DNA of 32,000 nucleotides. Source: Psychrobacter cryohalolentis K5 (GTDB taxonomy: Bacteria; Pseudomonadota; Gammaproteobacteria; Pseudomonadales; Moraxellaceae). Position numbers and translations under genes: made by a program. Where the stretch lies: positions 1,410,001 to 1,442,000 of the forward strand of contig NC_007969.1 of assembly GCF_000013905.1 (NCBI RefSeq). The letters are read 5' to 3'. The stretch's first letter is position 1. The number at the start of each line of letters is the position of its first letter. Positions 19,045 through 28,034 of the stretch are shown here, one piece after another. Below the pieces are notes generated by a model. The model was not told the DNA's origin. It saw nothing but the letters and a program-made list of their open reading frames with translations, and did no database searches.

Positions 19045-19083
19045 CTCCAGATATTTTAAAGTAATGTTGGTTTGATGATTAAA

Positions 19084-19884
19084 TTATATCCAATATTCTT
19101 TGAGCCAAGGGCTCGGCTTCACATGACGATACCATTTACCGCTACCGCCATTGATGGCATCCGGTGGATTAATCTCACCATGGAAAATAACGATTTTAGC
19201 ATCATTTGGCAGAGTAGGTGCCCGTACTAGATTAAAAGGAATAGGTGCAATACACTGATATTTAAAGCTAACACACCAGTCTTTGTCCCAATACTCTAAA
19301 TGATGATGCTCACGTAAATAATTGGACAGATATGCTTGCTCATGACGAACTTGAGTACGAATAGTTTCAAAATTACGTTCAAAATTTGCGAGCAAATCAG
19401 GATAAGTATCCATACCGATATTGAAGCGGTATACCGAGCTATTGCCAATCATCCGCCAAGGTTTTTTCCAGTCACGAATGATGACGACGCTATCTTCATG
19501 CTCAGCTTTATAAGTGAAAAAGCCGTCAATATTATCAACGATAACGATATCGATATCTAAAAATAAGGCAACGCCTTTTAAATCGTAAAGCTCGGGCTTA
19601 AAAGTCGTGAGCTTTTTCCAGCCACGCTCAGGTCCTGCAGGTAGATTGAGCTCAGGGATAGGGTGGCAGATAACAGCAGGATCGATACCAGTACTGTCAT
19701 CAGTTAAGCAAACCATCTGAAAATCTAAAGTTAGGTTACGATGCACCATGTTATAAAGACGGTTAACATATTCAGCACCATATTTATCACCCCATTTCAT
19801 ACAAATGATATAACGCTGATCAGAGTTTTTACTATCTGTTGGCGTTTGATTGGTTGGTAAATTTTGATTCATGTCAGTTGCCAT
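19084..19884 (-). CDS. putative nucleotide-sugar-dependent glycosyltransferase (unassigned family)
   Basis: 266 aa. YIICMKWGDKYGAEYVNRLYNMVHRNL and a DxD-like LFLDIDIVIVDN suggest a GT-A type transferase. It lies inside the glycosyltransferase island. Confidence 0.5.
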   Translation of the reverse strand: MATDMNQNLPTNQTPTDSKNSDQRYIICMKWGDKYGAEYVNRLYNMVHRNLTLDFQMVCLTDDSTGIDPAVICHPIPELNLPAGPERGWKKLTTFKPELYDLKGVALFLDIDIVIVDNIDGFFTYKAEHEDSVVIIRDWKKPWRMIGNSSVYRFNIGMDTYPDLLANFERNFETIRTQVRHEQAYLSNYLREHHHLEYWDKDWCVSFKYQCIAPIPFNLVRAPTLPNDAKIVIFHGEINPPDAINGGSGKWYRHVKPSPWLKEYWI

Positions 19885-19989
19885 AGTGCACTCATATTTA
19901 TATAAATAAGGGGCTAACTTTTAAAAAATTGATAAACAACACTAAAATTGAGAGTCTATCAGTAGCGTACGGATTTCACTGTATCGATT

Positions 19990-20922
19990 TTATTTATTAT
20001 CGACACTAGGATGATGTGCGCGAATAAATGCGGCTAGATTGGCTTTATTAGTGTTGTAAGGGTTGTCTATCATAGGGATATGCTTAAAGCGTCGATAACC
20101 CCACATATAATGACTGTAATTGTCTTCAATCATACGTTGCATTGCTAGATTGAGTGCATAAGCTGCCGTTTCAGTATTGCGATCATATAATGCTGGGTCA
20201 TCGAGTTTATAGCAATAAATATCAAAGCCATGCCCATCGTCGCGGCGAATACATGCCAATCCGACCAGTGCGCATTTGGTTTTACTAGCCAGTTTGGAGG
20301 CGAGTGTACTGGTCAACGTTTCAATGCCAAAAAAAGGCACGATGACACCGCCTGATGGGTCAGGAACGTGGTCAGGTAAGACAATACTAAAACCACCTTG
20401 TTTGAGTGTTTTAAATACTGCTTTTACACCGCTACCATCCGTCGGTACTAATGTCGCATTGAGGCGGGCACGACCTTGCAATATAAAATTGTTGGTAATG
20501 TCACCTTTTACGGGCTTATACATGATGGTTGGCGAGCCAAATTGATTGAGCCAAGCATTCATCATCTCCCACGTACCCAAATGCGGTACGATCGCGAGCA
20601 TGCCGTTAGGACTAGCAAGTCCATCAAGTAAGATGTCTTTATTATGAACGTCACGAATTTGAGCGATACTCCAATCAGGTGGCATCGCCCAGCTTTTGAT
20701 TGACTCAATGCTGGTTAAACATTGATGATAGATAATCTCTTTGGTTAAGGCTTGTTTTTGCAGGTGAGATAACGTAGGGGCAATCAGTGCCATATTGATT
20801 TTAACTGTGCGCATGATACTAGCGCTTGGCATCCTTAAGATTATCCACGCCACAAAACGTGCCAGCATCTGCAAGACAGACAGTGGCACGATTTTGAAAA
20901 TATGATACGGATTCATGACCAT
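19990..20922 (-). CDS. lipid A biosynthesis (Kdo)2-lipid IVA acyltransferase, LpxL/LpxM family
   Basis: 310 aa with an N-terminal membrane anchor, the HX4E acyltransferase motif PHLGTWEM, and the LPDHVPD region. I cannot distinguish LpxL from LpxM by eye. Confidence 0.85.
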   Translation of the reverse strand: MVMNPYHIFKIVPLSVLQMLARFVAWIILRMPSASIMRTVKINMALIAPTLSHLQKQALTKEIIYHQCLTSIESIKSWAMPPDWSIAQIRDVHNKDILLDGLASPNGMLAIVPHLGTWEMMNAWLNQFGSPTIMYKPVKGDITNNFILQGRARLNATLVPTDGSGVKAVFKTLKQGGFSIVLPDHVPDPSGGVIVPFFGIETLTSTLASKLASKTKCALVGLACIRRDDGHGFDIYCYKLDDPALYDRNTETAAYALNLAMQRMIEDNYSHYMWGYRRFKHIPMIDNPYNTNKANLAAFIRAHHPSVDNK

Positions 20923-20983
20923 TCACACAGTAATGAATCACATAACAGGCACTGTAAAAAATAGCTTCGCATGATCAGACTAT

Positions 20984-22810
20984 TTATTCAGCAGACTTAC
21001 TGGTGTCAGCTTGTACTTTTTCACGGACACGGATACCAAGCTCACGTAGCTGCTTAGTATTCACCTCAGCCGGTGCTTGCGTCAATGGACATTCAGCAGT
21101 TTTGGTTTTTGGGAAGGCAATCACGTCACGGATAGAGCTTGCGCCTACCATAAGCATGATTAAGCGGTCCAAACCAAATGCCAAGCCACCATGTGGCGGC
21201 GCACCAAATTTTAACGCATCAAGCAAGAAGCCAAATTTGTCTTCTGCTTCCTGATCATCAATACCCAATGCTTCAAATACGGCTGTTTGCATCTCAAGTG
21301 TATTGATACGTAAACTACCACCACCCACTTCAGTACCGTTTAATACCATATCATAAGCGATAGAAAGGGCAGATTCAGGATTGGTTTTTAATTCTTCAAC
21401 CGAACCTTTTGGCTTAGTAAATGGATGATGCATTGAGGTCCAGCGACCATCTTCAGTTTCTTCAAACATCGGAAAGTCAGTTACCCAAAGTGGTGCCCAC
21501 TCACAAGTGGTCATTTCTAAATCTAAACCAATCTTTTGACGTAGGGCGCCGATGGCATCATTGACCACACTGGCTTTATCCGCACCAAAGAAGATAATAT
21601 CGTTGCTTTCTGCACCAGTACGCTCAATCAGGCTTACCAATACATCATCAGTCATATTCTTAATGATAGGAGACTGTAGACCAGATTCTTTATCCACGCC
21701 GTTATTGATGTTGCTGGCATCGTTGACTTTAATATAAGCCAAACCACGTGCACCATAGATACTAACGAATTTGGTATACGCATCGATTTGTTTACGGCTT
21801 AATGAAGCACCGCCTGGTATACGTAGGGCAGCAACACGACCTTTAGGATCGTTAGCAGGACCGGCAAACACTTTAAAATCAACGTCTTTCATTAAGTCTG
21901 CAACGTCAATCAATTTAAGCGGAATACGTAGGTCAGGCTTGTCTGAGGCATAATCACGCATGGCTTCAGCATAAGTCATACGTGGGAACTGTTCAAATTC
22001 AACGTCCATCATCGTCTTAAAGACATGCTTAATCAGACCTTCGTTGATATTCATGATTTCTTCTTCATTTAAGAAAGAAGTCTCAATATCGACTTGGGTA
22101 AATTCAGGCTGACGATCCGCACGTAAATCTTCATCACGGAAGCACTTAGCGATTTGATAATAGCGGTCAAAACCTGCGACCATCAATAACTGTTTAAACA
22201 GCTGTGGCGACTGCGGTAAGGCAAAGAAGTTACCCGGACGCGTACGTGAAGGCACAAGATAATCACGAGCACCTTCTGGCGTTGCACGAGTCAAGATAGG
22301 GGTTTCTACATCTAAAAAGCCATGGTCATCTAAATAACGACGAATCGCTGAGGTAGCTTTAGCACGGAATACCATACGATCTTGCATTTGTGGACGGCGC
22401 ATATCAAGATAGCGATATTTGAGACGTAGATCTTCTGATACCGTACTTTTCTCATCATTCAATGGGAATGGCGGGGTTTCAGATTTTGCCAGCACTTCAA
22501 TTTCTTTGGCCAACAGCTCGATATGACCACTGGTCATATTTGCGTTTTCAGTGCCCGCGTAGCGTTGACGGACACGACCTGTGATTTTTATTACATATTC
22601 AGGACGTACCGCATCAGCAATAGCGAACGCTTCTGGGGTATCAGGATCGACAACGACCTGCAAGATACCAGCGCGGTCACGCATGTCTAAGAAAATCACG
22701 CCACCGTGATCGCGACGACGATGTACCCAGCCTACGACACTAATGGTTTGCTCAATTAAGCTTTCGGTTACGGCTCCGCAATATTCGTCTCGGTATTCGC
22801 TATGCGTCAT
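20984..22810 (-). CDS. aspS: aspartate--tRNA ligase
   Basis: 608 aa with an OB-fold N-terminus [20 protein letters not shown], class II motifs [16 protein letters not shown] and [10 protein letters not shown], and a bacterial insertion domain. Confidence 0.97.
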
Positions 22811-22863
22811 AATATAATTATCCAGTTGTCAGCCCAATTCGAAATACAATAATGCAGCCATCG

Positions 22864-22909
22864 TTGCGCTTCTTTTAGATAATAACTAGTTTAGTTAAAA
22901 GAAGCGCAA
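22864..22909 (-). promoter_or_regulatory. 14-bp perfect hairpin in the putative aspS leader/promoter
   Basis: ttgcgcttctttta (22864-22877) pairs with taaaagaagcgcaa (22896-22909) across an 18-nt loop that contains the palindrome aactagtt. It lies 54-99 nt upstream of the aspS ATG. Neither strand has a U-tract. Confidence 0.35.
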
Positions 22910-23173
22910 ACAACGCGATTAAGACAAATAGTCATCACGTTGGCTACAGAAAATTTGGTGTAAACGTATATTATGCCTAATCTGCCTTTGTTATACAACC
23001 GAATCAGCCCAATCAAAGCTCAGTAAAGATGGCTATAAGCCGTATTTGTGCCGTAACAATTGCATTAGGTTAAATATTGTTCCTCTGCTTGAAAAGATAA
23101 GCGCGCGTGCGCATATCAGCCTAACTTATAAAATTACACTAAGACCGTCTTAATCATTTAAGGAATCGTACTC

Positions 23174-24154
23174 ATGCTTTTTAATCCCTCTAAAAACCCT
23201 GTTGAGCTAAGAGTTATCCATCTGAATAAAAACCAAGAGCAACGCCGTGAAGACCTGATGGAGGCGACTCAAGGTAAAGCTGCCCTCAAACAATTCAAAA
23301 AAACACTGGCTAAAAAAGCAAAACAAGCCCTAAAAGCGAAAACCAAAAATAAGAAAAAAAATAGTGATAGCAAGCAACAAGTTTTTGTACTCGACTTTGA
23401 TGGCGATATTAAAGCCACTGCTGTTAAACACCTGCGTGAAGAGATTAGCACACTTATCAGCACGGCGAATAAAGGCGATGAAGTGGTGGTGCGTCTAGAG
23501 TCTGGTGGCGGCGTAGTACACGGTTATGGTTTAGCCGCCGCACAATTGGCTCGTCTAAAAGATGCCGGTTTGAAACTCACCGTCTGCGTCGATAAGGTCG
23601 CAGCCAGTGGTGGCTATATGATGGCCTGCGTAGCGGACAATATTGTAGCTGCACCATTTGCAATTATTGGCTCTATCGGTGTGGTATCACAACTGCCCAA
23701 TTTTCATAAATGGCTCAAAAACCATGATGTCGATTATGAGATGTTTACGGCTGGTGATTACAAACGTACCGTGACTGTATTTGGTGAAAATGATGATGAA
23801 GATCGTGCCAAATATCAAGAAGAGCTAGAGCAAACACATGAGTTGTTTAAGCACTTTGTCAATCGTTACCGCGGTATGCTTGATGTAGATAAAGTCGCAA
23901 CAGGCGAACATTGGTATGGTGAAGATGCGCTGCATTTGAACTTGGTAGATAAATTACAGACATCAGACAGCTATCTGTTAGAGCGTATGGAAAACAACGA
24001 AGTATATGCGCTGCATTCACGTCAAAAGCCAACACTGGCAGAAAAACTAGGGCTATCACAAGCTGCAGAGGCGACCATCAGTATGGCGGTTGATAAGCTG
24101 CCAGATGCACTAGCACGATTTGACCTTAATAGTCGTTTAAATATCTTAAAGTAG
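23174..24154 (+). CDS. sohB: S49 family serine peptidase SohB
   Basis: Near-colinear with E. coli SohB (ELRV..L, a Lys-rich linker, VFVLDFDGDI, VDKVAASGGYMMACVADNIVAAPFAIIGSIGVV, VATGEHWYG). AAGGAA lies 8 nt upstream and an in-frame stop at 23159-23161 fixes the start. The N-terminal membrane helix of E. coli SohB is absent. Confidence 0.88.
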   Translation: MLFNPSKNPVELRVIHLNKNQEQRREDLMEATQGKAALKQFKKTLAKKAKQALKAKTKNKKKNSDSKQQVFVLDFDGDIKATAVKHLREEISTLISTANKGDEVVVRLESGGGVVHGYGLAAAQLARLKDAGLKLTVCVDKVAASGGYMMACVADNIVAAPFAIIGSIGVVSQLPNFHKWLKNHDVDYEMFTAGDYKRTVTVFGENDDEDRAKYQEELEQTHELFKHFVNRYRGMLDVDKVATGEHWYGEDALHLNLVDKLQTSDSYLLERMENNEVYALHSRQKPTLAEKLGLSQAAEATISMAVDKLPDALARFDLNSRLNILK

Positions 24155-24230
24155 TTTTAAGTATTAAGAGACTAGTGCATAGCTGATCTTTAAAGTTCTA
24201 ACCTGAATTCGTGCATTGTTTGTATTTTGT

Positions 24231-24262
24231 AAAAGGCGTGTCCTAACGGGTCGCGCCTTTTT
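24231..24262 (+). terminator. rho-independent terminator of sohB
   Basis: Stem ggcgtg.cc (24235-24243) / gg.cgcgcc (24249-24257) with one internal mismatch and a short loop, followed by T5 (24258-24262). Confidence 0.6.
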
Positions 24263-24383
24263 GCTGTTTAAAAATAATCGCTGTGTTATAAATGGTAAAT
24301 ACGATACAGAGTTTACGTACGTACACTATGAAGTTTTTTATAAAAATGTGATTGAGATAATTAATAAGGATAGGGAAATCATT

Positions 24384-25652
24384 ATGTCTAGCAATGCCTT
24401 GATGTTTACAGCGACAGAACATGGTCAAGCCATGCATGCCCAAGTACAAGCATTTATCGAAACCCATATTGAGCCCATTGAAGCGCAGTTTTGGGCAGAT
24501 TGTCATCAGCAAAATCCTGATGGTAATTGGAAAAATTGGCAGTGGCCAGAAAAGTATGAGAGCTTACGTAAGCAAGCACGTGAAGCTGACCTGTGGAATT
24601 TATTTTTGCCGGATGACATCCTAGGTGCTGGCCTTTCGGTTACCGATTATGCACCGATTGCAGAGTTGACAGGCCGCAGTTTATTAGCGCCTTACGTGTT
24701 TAACTGCAATGCCCCTGATAGTGGCAATATGGAGCTGTTGTGGCGTTATGGTACACAAGAGCAGCAAGATAAATGGCTGACGCCAATCTTGGAAGGTAAA
24801 ACGCGTTCGGTATTTTGTATGACTGAGCCTGAGGTGGCATCCAGTGATGCGACCAACATGCAGGCGACTGCGGTTGTCAATGGCGATGAGATTATTATCA
24901 ATGGCAGTAAATGGTGGTCATCAGGTCTGGGTGACCCAGCAGTTGATATTTTGATTGTGATGGCATACACCCCTGATGAAACTAAAGACCGTCATCATCA
25001 GCATTCGATGGTATTGGTTCCAGCAAAAACTGCAGGCGTCAATATCGAGCGCATGCTAAAAGTATTTGGCGATTATGATGCGCCGCATGGTCATGGTGAA
25101 GTCAGCTTTAATGATGTACGTGTACCCGTTAGCCACTTTATCGGTGGCCCAGGTATGGGCTTTGAGATTGCGCAAGGTCGCTTAGGGCCAGGTCGCATTC
25201 ATCATTGCATGCGTTGTATTGGCGCTGCTGAAAAGTCGCTAGAGCTGGCTGTAAAACGCGGTATGGAGCGTACGGCTTTTGGTAAGCCATTACTACAACT
25301 AGGTGGTAACTTTGAGCGTATTGCTGAGGCTCGTATTAAAATTGATCAAGCGCGTTTATTGACATTATATGCAGCGCAAAAAATGGACGCGCAAGGCACC
25401 AAAGCGGCACTCACTGAAATTTCTGCTATTAAAGTAGTTGCGCCAACCGTGCTACAAGAAGTAGTCGATATGGCGATTCAAATCCATGGTGGCATGGGCG
25501 TTTGCCAAGATACGATGCTGCCGAGTTTCTTTGCTCAAGCACGAGCGCTGCGCTTAGCCGATGGTCCTGATGAAGTGCATAAAACCATGATTGCGAAACT
25601 TGAGCTAAAGCGTCAAGGTTTTAGTCGTTCGTCGAAACCTGCTAAATCTTAA
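24384..25652 (+). CDS. acyl-CoA dehydrogenase family protein, ACAD10/ACAD11/LvaC-like subtype
   Basis: CMTEPEVASSDATN, INGSKWWSSG, QGRLGPGRIHHCMRCIG and LRLADGPDEVH closely resemble the ACAD domain of ACAD10/11-type proteins. I chose the ATG at 24384 (AAGGATAGGGA upstream). The TTG-extended ORF from 24216 runs through the sohB terminator. Confidence 0.9.
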   Translation: MSSNALMFTATEHGQAMHAQVQAFIETHIEPIEAQFWADCHQQNPDGNWKNWQWPEKYESLRKQAREADLWNLFLPDDILGAGLSVTDYAPIAELTGRSLLAPYVFNCNAPDSGNMELLWRYGTQEQQDKWLTPILEGKTRSVFCMTEPEVASSDATNMQATAVVNGDEIIINGSKWWSSGLGDPAVDILIVMAYTPDETKDRHHQHSMVLVPAKTAGVNIERMLKVFGDYDAPHGHGEVSFNDVRVPVSHFIGGPGMGFEIAQGRLGPGRIHHCMRCIGAAEKSLELAVKRGMERTAFGKPLLQLGGNFERIAEARIKIDQARLLTLYAAQKMDAQGTKAALTEISAIKVVAPTVLQEVVDMAIQIHGGMGVCQDTMLPSFFAQARALRLADGPDEVHKTMIAKLELKRQGFSRSSKPAKS

Positions 25653-25713
25653 GGTAACTTAGATTTGTATTTATAACTAATACAAAACAAGCTCAATGGC
25701 GACCATAACTATA

Positions 25714-25743
25714 AATCCACTATCAATCATTTGATAGTGGATT
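25714..25743 (+). other. 13-bp perfect intercistronic hairpin between the ACAD and kinase genes
   Basis: aatccactatcaa (25714-25726) / ttgatagtggatt (25731-25743) with loop tcat. No U-tract follows, so it is not a classical terminator. Confidence 0.4.
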
Positions 25744-25797
25744 CTTCACCCCTAAATAATCAATAAAAATAACTGACCACACGATAAGGACTGTCTT

Positions 25798-27087
25798 ATG
25801 GCAACTGCTAATCAGAGCAATAATACGGATAAAGAAGTAGCTAATAAAATCTTAGATAAAGGTGGCGAGGTTCGTGAGGGCGAAGAGCTTGACGCCAAAG
25901 CGGTTAGTAACTGGCTACGCGCCCAAGGAATCGATGTAGCAGGCGAGCCAACGGTTACCCAATTCTCAGGCGGAGCATCAAACTGGACTTATCGTCTGCA
26001 ATATGAAGGCGAAGGTAACGCTGAAAGTAAAAGCCAAGATTTAATCTTACGCCGTCCGCCAAAAGGCACTAAAGCCAAATCAGCACATGATATGGTGCGC
26101 GAATACACTGTCCAAAAATCCTTAAAGGATGCTTATCCTTACGTACCTAAAATGGTCGCGCTATGTACGGATGAGTCCGTCATCGGTGCCGATTTCTATG
26201 TCATGGAGCGTATGGAAGGTATCATTCCTCGTGCCAATTTGCCAAAAGGGATTGATTTAAACGAAGAGCAAACGCGTGCATTATGTACCAATGTTATCGA
26301 TGCTTTAGTTGAGCTGCACCAAGTAGATTATAAAGCGCATCCTGATTTAGTGAATCTTGGGCGTGGCGAAGGTTATTGCGAGCGCCAAGTAACAGGTTGG
26401 GATAAGCGTTATGTCAAAGCCAAAACACCTAACGTCCCAAGTTTTGCATTGGTACGTCAATGGCTTGGCAAGCATACGCCTGCTGATAGTAAGACTTGCC
26501 TGATTCACAATGATTGGCGTTTTGACAACGTCATTTTAGATGCCGCAGATCCAACTAAGGTTATCGGTGTACTTGATTGGGAAATGGCCACCTTGGGTGA
26601 TCCTTTGATGGATTTGGGTAGCGCCTTGGCTTACTGGATTGAAGAAGATGACAACATCATCATGCAGCAGTCACGCCGTCAGCCCACGCATTTAGAAGGC
26701 ATGATGACCCGTGATGAAGTGGTGGATTACTATCTTAAACAATCAGGTTTAGAGATAGATAATTGGACGTTTTATGAGGTGTTTGGTTTATTCCGTCTAG
26801 CAGGTATTGTCCAGCAAATTTATTACCGCTACTATCATAAACAAACAACCAATCCGGCATTTAAGAATTTTTGGCTTATCGTTCATGTATTGCATGCAAA
26901 ATCTCTGAAGTTGATAGCACAGTATGAAGGTGAGGCGTTATTTAATACTCATGTGCAGCCGCATTTGCAAGATATGGGCGTCGATGCTGCCACCATTGAG
27001 CAATTACCAGCGCCTGTACAAAAAGTTATTAAAGGTATTTTACCAAAAGGCTATTTTGCTAAGTCGCCGCAATCAACAGCTGAGTAA
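25798..27087 (+). CDS. APH-fold phosphotransferase (ACAD10/11 N-terminal kinase domain / LvaA-like)
   Basis: 429 aa. Nucleotide-binding region QFSGGASNWTYRL...LILRRPP, catalytic loop LIHNDWRFDNVIL, and metal-binding VLDWEMATLGDP. AAGGA lies 7 nt upstream. Confidence 0.88.
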   Translation: MATANQSNNTDKEVANKILDKGGEVREGEELDAKAVSNWLRAQGIDVAGEPTVTQFSGGASNWTYRLQYEGEGNAESKSQDLILRRPPKGTKAKSAHDMVREYTVQKSLKDAYPYVPKMVALCTDESVIGADFYVMERMEGIIPRANLPKGIDLNEEQTRALCTNVIDALVELHQVDYKAHPDLVNLGRGEGYCERQVTGWDKRYVKAKTPNVPSFALVRQWLGKHTPADSKTCLIHNDWRFDNVILDAADPTKVIGVLDWEMATLGDPLMDLGSALAYWIEEDDNIIMQQSRRQPTHLEGMMTRDEVVDYYLKQSGLEIDNWTFYEVFGLFRLAGIVQQIYYRYYHKQTTNPAFKNFWLIVHVLHAKSLKLIAQYEGEALFNTHVQPHLQDMGVDAATIEQLPAPVQKVIKGILPKGYFAKSPQSTAE

Positions 27088-27149
27088 TTTTTTAGCAAGT
27101 AAAATGTTTGAAATCAGCATATTGAAACTATGATAAAAGGCAGTATTTT

Positions 27150-27902
27150 ATGACAACCATTCTTCTGGCACGTCATGGCCAGGCATCCTTTGGACAAGAA
27201 AATTACGATCAGCTGTCAGAGCTAGGTGGTATCCAAGCGCAAATGCTCGGCCAGCATTATGCAACGACCCAGCGCCGAATCGATGCTATTTTTACGGGGA
27301 GTTTGGTCAGGCAACAAGATTCTGCACATCATTTTTGGCAGCGTTATCAGTCATTTGCTGATACCGATAGCTCTAACAAGCCTGCAATCGATATGAGTGC
27401 GCCGGATAGCTATGTACTGCCACAATTTGATGAATTTAATCATAAAGATGTTTTTGTTAAATCAGATCCAGCATTCAGCACTCGAGCATCAATTGCAGCT
27501 GAGATTGCTAAAGCGGATGTACCGATGACACGTTTGGCTGAGTTATTCGATAACGCGATGCAGCGCTGGCATGGTGGTGATTATGATCAAGATTATATAG
27601 AAAGCTGGTCGCAGTTTAATGAGCGAGCTAAGCAAGCGCTTGAGCAAATACGTATACAGATGACAACGCTAAATTTAAATCGTGATAGTACGGTATTGGT
27701 ATTTACTTCAGGCGGCATTATTGCGGCTATTACCGCGCAGTTATTACAACAAGGCAGTCAGACTGCGTATCAAATCAATAAAAGCTTGGTTAATACGGGC
27801 GTGACATCTATTACTTTAAAAGAGCAGAATTCACGTTTACTGTCATTAAATGAGTATAGTCATTTATTCGCTGATGGTAAGCGTTTTGTGACATGGCGAT
27901 AA
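27150..27902 (+). CDS. histidine phosphatase (phosphoglycerate mutase-like) superfamily protein, atypical
   Basis: N-terminal LLARHGQASFG (RHG motif) and ESWSQFNERAKQAL. However, the position of the usual SHGG motif reads TSGG (VLVFTSGGIIAAI). Confidence 0.82.
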   Translation: MTTILLARHGQASFGQENYDQLSELGGIQAQMLGQHYATTQRRIDAIFTGSLVRQQDSAHHFWQRYQSFADTDSSNKPAIDMSAPDSYVLPQFDEFNHKDVFVKSDPAFSTRASIAAEIAKADVPMTRLAELFDNAMQRWHGGDYDQDYIESWSQFNERAKQALEQIRIQMTTLNLNRDSTVLVFTSGGIIAAITAQLLQQGSQTAYQINKSLVNTGVTSITLKEQNSRLLSLNEYSHLFADGKRFVTWR

Positions 27903-28034
27903 TTCATGATTGGTTGCTAAAACCTTGTTATAGAAAGTCTGTAGTGGCTGGCTACTAGCGCAGATAACACCAAAGCCACATAGACAGTTGGAAGGGTTTA
28001 CGTTATCTTGAAGTTATCATTGATACATAAGAGA

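Noticed and set aside
23101-23112. GC-rich gcgcgcgtgcgc block in the aspS/sohB spacer as a possible palindromic operator
   Set aside because: It is not actually self-complementary (the reverse complement is gcgcacgcgcgc), and it occurs only once.
24216-24383. TTG-extended start of the acyl-CoA dehydrogenase ORF
   Set aside because: The extension runs through the sohB terminator hairpin and has odd composition. Homology begins at the ATG at 24384, which has a good Shine-Dalgarno.
5070-27133. Other short nested or antisense track ORFs: 5070-5330, 6137-6412, 6406-6591, 7342-7527, 7670-7972, 8650-8871, 10714-10926, 12183-12386, 12516-12701, 12646-12891, 12852-13052, 15770-16186, 17713-17901, 19336-19560, 20276-20545, 21003-21254, 21552-21737, 21771-21953, 23269-23463, 23859-24059, 24243-24512, 24421-24624, 24746-24970, 26924-27133. 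Also 28345-28530, 29021-29275, 29550-29750, 30452-30727 and 31747-31968.
   Set aside because: Each lies wholly or mostly inside a longer CDS with clear homology, on the opposite strand or in another frame. The compositions look like shadow ORFs. I have no independent support for overlapping genes.
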